64,000 nt of DNA from an uncultured cyanobacterium. Lineage in GTDB: Bacteria > Cyanobacteriota > Cyanobacteriia > CAKZMO01. The stretch covers positions 310,942-374,941 of the forward strand of contig CAVRCJ010000001.1 in NCBI GenBank assembly GCA_963719515.1. The letters are read 5' to 3'. The notes below the pieces were generated by a model. The model saw only the letters and a program-made list of their open reading frames with translations, was not told the DNA's origin and made no database searches. Shown piece by piece: positions 57,560-64,000 of the stretch (position 1 is its first letter; each line of letters begins with the position of its first letter). The position numbers and the translations under genes were made by a program.

Positions 57560-57889
57560 GGATTTTACCTCTGTGGTGTTGGGTTATTGCCCTCAAAACC
57601 AAGCCACCCCGCGCATCACGAACGGGGTGGCTACCACAGGATAAAATCCATGTTAGCCGCCGCGCTGCTGATGTCAGCGTTGGGGGTTAGCGTCCTGGTT
57701 GTGCGTCTTCACTTCCAGGGCGCGCCGAGTTCCTCGGGCGTTGGGTTGTGTTTATAGAACGCAGTGGTCCTATGGCTTGGAATAGTAGCGGGTTTTTGGG
57801 GCGATCGCAACCGTGCCGAGAAATTTATTCGCGAGACGATCCATCGAATAGACTTTAAAGGTGTCTCACAACGGCAAGGTTTGATTCTG

Positions 57890-58510
57890 ATGTCGATTCT
57901 TGAGCCTCAGCAGCCCTATACCTTCAGCCAAATCGGGAAGCTTACGGTCACGACGGACGATCTTCTGGCCGAATACGGCTATGGCTTCACCCGTCAGCAT
58001 ATTCAGCTTCCCCAGTTCACGGGCTCCCTGCACCAGCTCACCGAGACTCGCCAGCGGATCGACAACATGCTGCCGCTGGTGGATCTCGCCAACGAAACCT
58101 CTCGCCGCGAAACCCTGATTGCTCCGGTGCTGATGGATGTTGCCGTGCGCGCTCAGGCCCAGCTGAGGATTGAGTATGCGATCGCCGTATTGCCTCAGCT
58201 TCAGGGGGTGCTGGACTATCTGCTCCTGCAGCCCCAGGGTCCGGTGCTGGTGGTGGAGGCCAAGCAGGAAGACGTGACGAAAGAGTTTAACCAGCTGGCG
58301 GTGGAGCTAATTGCCCTCGACCAGTGGGAGAAAGCTCCACCCCTAGAGCAGCAACCGCGATTGATGGGGGCGGTGACGACGGGGGACGTGTGGCGGTTTG
58401 GCTTGCTGGACCGGCGAGAGAAGCATGTGATTCAGAGCCTGTCGCTTTACCGGGTGCCGGAGGATATTGAAGCGGTGGAGCGAATTTTGATGGCGGCGCT
58501 GGTGGAGTGA
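57890..58510 (+). CDS. PD-(D/E)XK-like nuclease-fold protein
   Basis: NETSRRETLIAPVL, GVLDYLL, VVEAK, QLAVEL, GAVTTGDVWRF. Confidence 0.7.
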   Translation: MSILEPQQPYTFSQIGKLTVTTDDLLAEYGYGFTRQHIQLPQFTGSLHQLTETRQRIDNMLPLVDLANETSRRETLIAPVLMDVAVRAQAQLRIEYAIAVLPQLQGVLDYLLLQPQGPVLVVEAKQEDVTKEFNQLAVELIALDQWEKAPPLEQQPRLMGAVTTGDVWRFGLLDRREKHVIQSLSLYRVPEDIEAVERILMAALVE

Positions 58511-58640
58511 GTTTTGATTGAGGGTGATTAAGATTGATGCGGAAAGCTTTGCTGTTGGGCGAGCGGCTCCTGATTCATTGGCAAAAGATCTTCAAATCAT
58601 TCTCAGGTAGGCTTGAGTTGTCTCCTAGAGGGAAAAAGCT

Positions 58641-59402
58641 ATGACGACCTTCGATACGACTCAAACAGCCCTTGATGCGGCTCAGTCCGATCAGCAGGCT
58701 CCAAATGGTGTTATCTTTCCTCCCGGTGACCTGTATAGCGATGAACCGCCGTTGGAAAGCTCCCTGCATCTAGAACAGATTATCCTGCTGCTGAGCTGCC
58801 TCAACTGGGTATGGCAAGACCGGCAGGACTACTTTGCCGCCGGTAATTTGACGGTCTACTTCAGCCCCAATCAGCGCAAGTCTGAAGATTTCCGTGGACC
58901 CGATTTTTTTGTAATCCTCGGGGCTGAAAAACGTCCCCGTAAGAGCTGGGTGGTTTGGGAGGAGGGGGGTAAGTACCCCAACGTGATTGTGGAGCTGCTA
59001 TCAAGCTCAACGGCGAAGACGGACCGAGGGCCAAAGAAAGAGGTTTACGGCGACATTTTTCGCACCCCAGAATACTTTTGGTTTGACCCCGATTCACTGG
59101 AATTTGAGGGGTTTGAGCTCATGAATGGGACGTACCGACCGATCGCGTTGGATGAGCAGGGGCGACGCTGGAGTCACCAGCTGCAGCTCTATTTGGGCGT
59201 TTGTGAGGGTAAGCTGCGCTTTTTTACCCCGGAGGGGGCGCTGGTGCCGACGCCGGAGGAAGCGGCCCGGGCAGCAGGGCAGCAGGTGGAGGCGGAGCGC
59301 CAACGGGCGGAAGCGGAGCGCCAGCGGGCGGAGGCGGAGCGTCAGCGAGGTGAGCGGCTTGCGGCAAAGCTGCGGGAGTTGGGGGTTAGCCCAGAGGATT
59401 AG
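58641..59402 (+). CDS. Uma2-family endonuclease-like protein with coiled-coil tail
   Basis: SDEPPLES, GPDFFV, RKSWVVWEE, IVELLS.ST, EYFWFDP; (AEAERQR)n tail. Confidence 0.9.
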   Translation: MTTFDTTQTALDAAQSDQQAPNGVIFPPGDLYSDEPPLESSLHLEQIILLLSCLNWVWQDRQDYFAAGNLTVYFSPNQRKSEDFRGPDFFVILGAEKRPRKSWVVWEEGGKYPNVIVELLSSSTAKTDRGPKKEVYGDIFRTPEYFWFDPDSLEFEGFELMNGTYRPIALDEQGRRWSHQLQLYLGVCEGKLRFFTPEGALVPTPEEAARAAGQQVEAERQRAEAERQRAEAERQRGERLAAKLRELGVSPED

Positions 59403-59431
59403 GGACGATAACGCGATCGCAGCGGTTATTT

Positions 59432-59459
59432 TCATACCTTCTCCTTAGCCCAGAGCTAT
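59432..59459 (+). promoter_or_regulatory. Island motif variant TCATACCT-N12-AGAGCTAT
   Basis: Upstream of the TPR-CHAT start at 59493; the whole leader resembles that of 35939. Confidence 0.55.
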
Positions 59460-59492
59460 ATACTGCTAGATGTCTTTGGCCCAGAAATACTT

Positions 59493-62400
59493 ATGCGGTT
59501 TCCTATCTTGTGGTTAGGTTTGGCGGTGCTGTTGGTAGAGGGGACGGTTGCGCCTCGGGCCATGGCTCAGGTTGAGGGGGCTATGCCGCAGGTTGAGGGA
59601 GAGTCGCCGGTCAGTGAGGCTGAGGCGCTGATGTCGGAGGGCGATCGCCTCTTTGGTGAAGTCCTGCAGCTGTGGCAAACGAGTCAATATCAGCCCGCAC
59701 TCGAAAAGCTAGAGCAAGCTTTAGAAATTTACCGCAACCCCGAAGTCCGCGCAGCGTTTCCGCAGGAGAGCCGTCAGGGAGAAGGTCGAAGCTTGACGGG
59801 ACTGGGGGCAATTTCTCGTAGCTTTGGTCAATATGAGCCTGCCTTGGACTATTACCAGCAGGCTCTAGCGATTAATCAGGAGATCGGCGATCGCCAAGGG
59901 GAAGGGGTCACACTCAACAACATTGGCTTGGTCTATGACAACCTCGGGCAATATCAACCCGCCCTCGATACCTACCAGCAAGCCCTCGCCATCCGCCAGG
60001 AAATCGGCGATCGCAATGGGGAAGGCACCACACTTAATAACATTGGCGCGGTTTATGACAACCTCGGGCAATATCAACGCGCCCTCGATACCTACCAGCA
60101 AGCCCTCGCCATCCTCCAAGAAATCGGCGATCGTAAGGTGGAAGGGGTCACACTCAACAACATTGGCTTGGTCTATGACAACCTCGGGCAATATCAACGC
60201 GCCCTCGATACCTACCAGCAAGCCCTCGCCATCCGCCAGGAAATCGGCGATCGCGCTGGGGAAGGGGCCACACTCAACAACATTGGCGCGGTCTATCAGA
60301 GCCTCGGGCAATATCAACGCGCCCTCGCTACCTACCAGCAAGCCCTCGCCATCCGCCAGGAAATCGGCGATCGCGCTGGGGAAGGGGCCACACTCAACAA
60401 CATTGGCGCGGTCTATCAGAGCCTCGGGCAATATCAACGCGCCCTCGCTACCTACCAGCAAGCCCTCGCCATCCGCCAGGAAATCGGCGATCGCAATGGG
60501 GAAGGCACCACACTCAACAACATTGGCTTGGTCTATCGCAACCTCGGGCAATATCAACCCGCCCTCGATACCTACCAGCAAGCCCTCGCCATCCGCCAGG
60601 AAATCGGCGATCGCAATGGGGAAGGCACCACACTTAATAACATTGGTGCGGTCTATGATACCCTCGGGCAATATCAACGCGCCCTCGCTACCTACCAGCA
60701 AGCCCTCGCCATCCGCCAGGAAATCGGCGATCGCAATGGGGAAGGCACCACACTTAATAACATTGGTGCGGTCTATGATACCCTCGGGCAATATCAACGC
60801 GCCCTCGCTACCTACCAGCAGGCCCTCGTCATCCTCCAAGAAATCGGCGATCGTAAGGTGGAAGGGGTCACACTCAACAACATTGGCTTGGTCTATCGCA
60901 ACCTCGGGCAATATCAACCGGCACTTGATACCTACCAGCAAGCCCTCGCCATCTTCCAGGAAATCGGCGATCGCGCCGGAGAAGGCAGAACCCTCAACAA
61001 CATTGGCTACGTACTTGAATCCCTAGAGCAACCCGAACTCGCCATCCTCTTCCTTAAGCAGTCCGTCAACCAATACGAAGAAATTCGCGGAGAAATTCGC
61101 GGCCTCCCCACCGAGCAGCAGCAATCCTTCACCGACACCGTCGAAGGCACCTACCGTAAACTCGCCGACCTCCTCCTCCAAGCCGATCGCATCCTCGAAG
61201 CCCAGCGCGTCCTAGACCTGCTCAAAGTCCAGGAACTCGAAGACTACCTCGAAGACGTGCAGCGCAACGGCAACACCGCCCAAGGCATCCCCAACCGCCC
61301 CCCCGAAGCCAACATCGAAGACACCCTCACAAGTCGCCTCAACCAAGTCATCACCCTCAGCCGCCAGCTCAAAGAGATAGAAGATATCCCCACAGGCGAT
61401 CGCACCCCCACCCAGCAAGAGCAAATCATCGCCCTCCGCCGCCAAAGCCGACAGCTAATCGAAGGCTTCAACGACTTCCTGCAGAGCCCCAACGTCCAAG
61501 ACCAGGTCGCCCTGCTGCGGCAGACCACCGACAACGAAAGCCTAGATCTGAGCAACTACCAAGACCTCAAAGACAGCCTCGCCGCCTTAAACCAAAACGC
61601 CGTACTGCTCTACCCCTTCGTCCTCGAAGATCGCCTAGAGCTAGTGCTCGTCACCCCAGACGCCCGCATCCCCCTGCGAGAAACCGTCGACGTGGGGCGC
61701 GTGGAACTCAATGAGGCGATCGCCGCTTACCGCTCGGCCCTCGAAGACCCCAGCAGCGACCCCCTGCCCCTAGCCCAAAAGCTCTACGGCTGGCTGCTAG
61801 AACCCCTGGCCGACGAGCTAGAAACCCTCAACGCCGAGACCCTCATCTACGCCCCCGACGGTCAGCTGCGCTACATTCCGCTGGGGGCGCTGCACGACGG
61901 TGACCAGTGGGTGGTGCAAGACTTCCGCATCAACAACATCACCGCCGCTAGCCTCACCGATATCGCCCTGAAAGAGCGCCGCGAAGAGCCGCTGGTGTTT
62001 GCCGGGGCCTTCACCGAGGGCAGCTACCCCATCACGGTGGGCGACCAGCAGCAAACCTTTACCGGACTAAAGTTTGCCGGTCAAGAAGTGGAAAACCTGG
62101 CCACGCTGCTGCCAGAAACGACCCAAGTGCTCAACGCCAACTTCCACCCCGACACCATCTATCAGATGAACGACTATTCCATCGTGCATCTGGCGACCCA
62201 CGCCACTTTTGTCCCCGGAGACGCCAGCCAATCCTTCATTTTGTTTGGCGACGGCACCCCCGTCTCTTTGGTTGACGTAAAATCTTGGGAGCTGCCCAAC
62301 GTCGATCTCATCGTCCTTAGCGCCTGCGAAACCGGCGTTGGCGACACCCTGGGGGACGGGCGGGAAATTTTGGGATTGGGCTACCAGATGCAGCGCACCG

Positions 62401-62684
62401 GGGCCGACGCGGCGATCGCCTCCCTGTGGTCCGTCAGCGACGGCGGCACTCAAGTGCTGATGGACGCCTTTTATGCCGCCCTCAACAACGGCTACAGCGC
62501 CACCGAGTCTCTGCAGCGATCGCAGCAGGCGTTGATTACCGGCGATCAAACAGTCTTAGAAGGCGAGCGGGGCGTTGAGGTTGAAATCATCGACGCCCGC
62601 ACGGGGGAGCCCTTAGCCCAAAGCGGCGAGCTGACCCACCCCTACTATTGGGCACCCTTCATCGTGATTGGTAATGGGCTGTAG
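59493..62684 (+). CDS. Secreted TPR-CHAT protease
   Basis: MRFPILWLG signal peptide, TPR array, HLATHA, LSACETG, HPYYWAPF. Confidence 0.92.
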   Translation: MRFPILWLGLAVLLVEGTVAPRAMAQVEGAMPQVEGESPVSEAEALMSEGDRLFGEVLQLWQTSQYQPALEKLEQALEIYRNPEVRAAFPQESRQGEGRSLTGLGAISRSFGQYEPALDYYQQALAINQEIGDRQGEGVTLNNIGLVYDNLGQYQPALDTYQQALAIRQEIGDRNGEGTTLNNIGAVYDNLGQYQRALDTYQQALAILQEIGDRKVEGVTLNNIGLVYDNLGQYQRALDTYQQALAIRQEIGDRAGEGATLNNIGAVYQSLGQYQRALATYQQALAIRQEIGDRAGEGATLNNIGAVYQSLGQYQRALATYQQALAIRQEIGDRNGEGTTLNNIGLVYRNLGQYQPALDTYQQALAIRQEIGDRNGEGTTLNNIGAVYDTLGQYQRALATYQQALAIRQEIGDRNGEGTTLNNIGAVYDTLGQYQRALATYQQALVILQEIGDRKVEGVTLNNIGLVYRNLGQYQPALDTYQQALAIFQEIGDRAGEGRTLNNIGYVLESLEQPELAILFLKQSVNQYEEIRGEIRGLPTEQQQSFTDTVEGTYRKLADLLLQADRILEAQRVLDLLKVQELEDYLEDVQRNGNTAQGIPNRPPEANIEDTLTSRLNQVITLSRQLKEIEDIPTGDRTPTQQEQIIALRRQSRQLIEGFNDFLQSPNVQDQVALLRQTTDNESLDLSNYQDLKDSLAALNQNAVLLYPFVLEDRLELVLVTPDARIPLRETVDVGRVELNEAIAAYRSALEDPSSDPLPLAQKLYGWLLEPLADELETLNAETLIYAPDGQLRYIPLGALHDGDQWVVQDFRINNITAASLTDIALKERREEPLVFAGAFTEGSYPITVGDQQQTFTGLKFAGQEVENLATLLPETTQVLNANFHPDTIYQMNDYSIVHLATHATFVPGDASQSFILFGDGTPVSLVDVKSWELPNVDLIVLSACETGVGDTLGDGREILGLGYQMQRTGADAAIASLWSVSDGGTQVLMDAFYAALNNGYSATESLQRSQQALITGDQTVLEGERGVEVEIIDARTGEPLAQSGELTHPYYWAPFIVIGNGL
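59878..61005 (+). repeat. Tandem 120-bp TPR-coding repeats (~9 units)
   Basis: Near-identical units every 120 nt; 60241-60360 recurs almost exactly at 60361-60480. Confidence 0.95.
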
Positions 62685-62695
62685 CGACTACTTTG

Positions 62696-62732
62696 GGCGA
62701 TCGCTAGCTGGTACTGCTAACTAGCGATCGCC
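62696..62732. terminator. HIP1-containing hairpin between convergent genes
   Basis: GGCGATCGCTAG...CTAGCGATCGCC 12-bp stem. Confidence 0.55.
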
Positions 62733-62749
62733 GCTTTGCAACAGGTCGA

Positions 62750-63568
62750 TTAACCAAAGACCTTGAGCTGACTGATGTCAATAAATTCATCAGCTGCCTC
62801 TCTCAGAACACGGCTCATGCTGGAAGGAAAGCCAACCACCTCAACCCGGCGGCCCTTTTGCTGTACTCGTTGAACAGCACCCAGCATATCTCCATCGCCC
62901 GTGATTAAAACAGCGGTATCGTACTCATCCATCAGTTCCACCATCTTCAGCACAATTTCAGTATCTATGCCTTTCTCCCTCATGCTGCTGCCCTCTCCGT
63001 GGGCTACTGCTTTACCAATAATTTCTATCGGATGGTTCAGCCGACGGAGATAGCCGAAGAAGCCTTGTTGCGCTAAATTGGCTCTATCAACGCCCGTAAA
63101 GAACATCACTTTGGCCAGCTCTGAAGCGCCCTGCTTGAAGCAGTTGAACAGCTTGTCGTAGTCGATGCGCCCTGTGTTCTCATTCACTGCTGAGATATGT
63201 AAATTAGAGCCATCTACGAACACAGCCACGCGGCCACGCGGGTGAACGGCTTTTCTCAAATGAGCTAGTTCGGCGTTGACCTGATTTAGCTGCCCCTCGG
63301 TAAACTCCTCGAGAGAAGACTGCCGGTCGCGAAGCGTGATCATTTCAGTACGCTTGGCATAAGTAGGATCGAGTAGCCCTAAGCCCACCGTAGCCGATGC
63401 AGACAAAACGCCTAAGTTCGCGCTTCCCGAGAAACCTCCAATTAGGGCTCCAACCAAAGCTGGCTTGACAACTTTAAGAAACGTAGGCCTAGCGATGATT
63501 CTGCCCAGCGTAGAAACAGCAGTCGTTTGATAAAATCTAGAATCTGCAATCATTAGTCTGTACCTCAT
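62750..63568 (-). CDS. NYN (LabA/DUF88) domain protein with N-terminal hydrophobic segment
   Basis: VAVFVDGSNL, EKGIDTEI, LITGDGD, GRRVEVVG, LREAADEFIDI. Confidence 0.88.
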   Translation of the reverse strand: MRYRLMIADSRFYQTTAVSTLGRIIARPTFLKVVKPALVGALIGGFSGSANLGVLSASATVGLGLLDPTYAKRTEMITLRDRQSSLEEFTEGQLNQVNAELAHLRKAVHPRGRVAVFVDGSNLHISAVNENTGRIDYDKLFNCFKQGASELAKVMFFTGVDRANLAQQGFFGYLRRLNHPIEIIGKAVAHGEGSSMREKGIDTEIVLKMVELMDEYDTAVLITGDGDMLGAVQRVQQKGRRVEVVGFPSSMSRVLREAADEFIDISQLKVFG

Positions 63569-64000
63569 ACTCTATAGAACGTTGGCTTAAGGACCGTGTG
63601 TCCTATCGCTACGTATTTCTCGCCAGAGGAAGGCTATGTGTTCAGAGGTTCAGATCAAGGTCTGTAGGTCTAACTGTCTTCACTGCGTTCTACTGCATTT
63701 GAAGAGCGATCGAAGGGTAACTCAAAAACTCAAAGCTTTTGAGTTGAAAGGACTTGGGCCGATCGAATGCCAATTTCAACAAAAGGCAACTGTTCTTACT
63801 TGCCCAGCTACAACACTTGGTCAATTCATTACAAATTATTACGGCCAATACAATACGGATGCGGAGCTGATACGAGACTGGTAAGCGCGTAATCCACTTT
63901 GACACGTATATAGTCGCCCAAATTGACTCCAGACTGACTCCAATTCACGCAGAGAGCCCGAAATCCTTTGCGAGCAGGCGCTTTTGAGCAATTACGATCA

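Noticed and set aside
31735..61005. Diversity-generating retroelement behind TPR variation
   Set aside because: No reverse transcriptase or template/variable repeat pair was seen in the window.
59865..61026. Long alternative-frame ORFs (358 and 367 aa) and a possible CRISPR-like array
   Set aside because: They are shadows of the 120-bp TPR-coding repeats; there is no repeat-spacer structure and no cas gene.
63636..63905. Two short overlapping ORFs at the right end
   Set aside because: No recognisable motifs; coding status cannot be supported.
1..64000. Abundant GCGATCGC as a novel repeat
   Set aside because: It is the well-known cyanobacterial HIP1 octamer, here often encoding GDR or AIA.

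Overview
Cyanobacterial chromosomal DNA; the HIP1 octamer GCGATCGC is very abundant. Bases 1-8543 are ordinary genes: a CBS/PAS/GAF sensor, a flavoprotein disulfide reductase, DUF411, a PLP decarboxylase, an S4-domain protein and tRNA-Val(GAC). Directly after the tRNA begins a ~54 kb protease-rich island. It holds eight CHAT (caspase-HetF-like) genes, a Tat-exported C14 caspase-like protein, S1, S8 and M48 peptidases, TPR/LRR proteins and an RTX-type heme peroxidase. It also holds xisHI, Uma2, NYN and three IS elements with intact ends and target duplications. Its core is a four-gene operon: sigma-like factor, DUF1822-like protein, CHAT-TM-CHASE2 receptor, DUF928-like secreted protein. The main new observation is a fixed-spacing motif, CCATAnnY-N11-AG(A/C)n(G/C)TAY, found upstream of about ten island transcription units including the sigma-like operon itself. 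This suggests an autoregulated sigma regulon switched by transmembrane proteolysis. The receptor is frameshifted at a 9-base homopolymer, one CHAT gene is IS-split, and one lacks the catalytic His. All domain names come from motif recognition by eye, not database searches.
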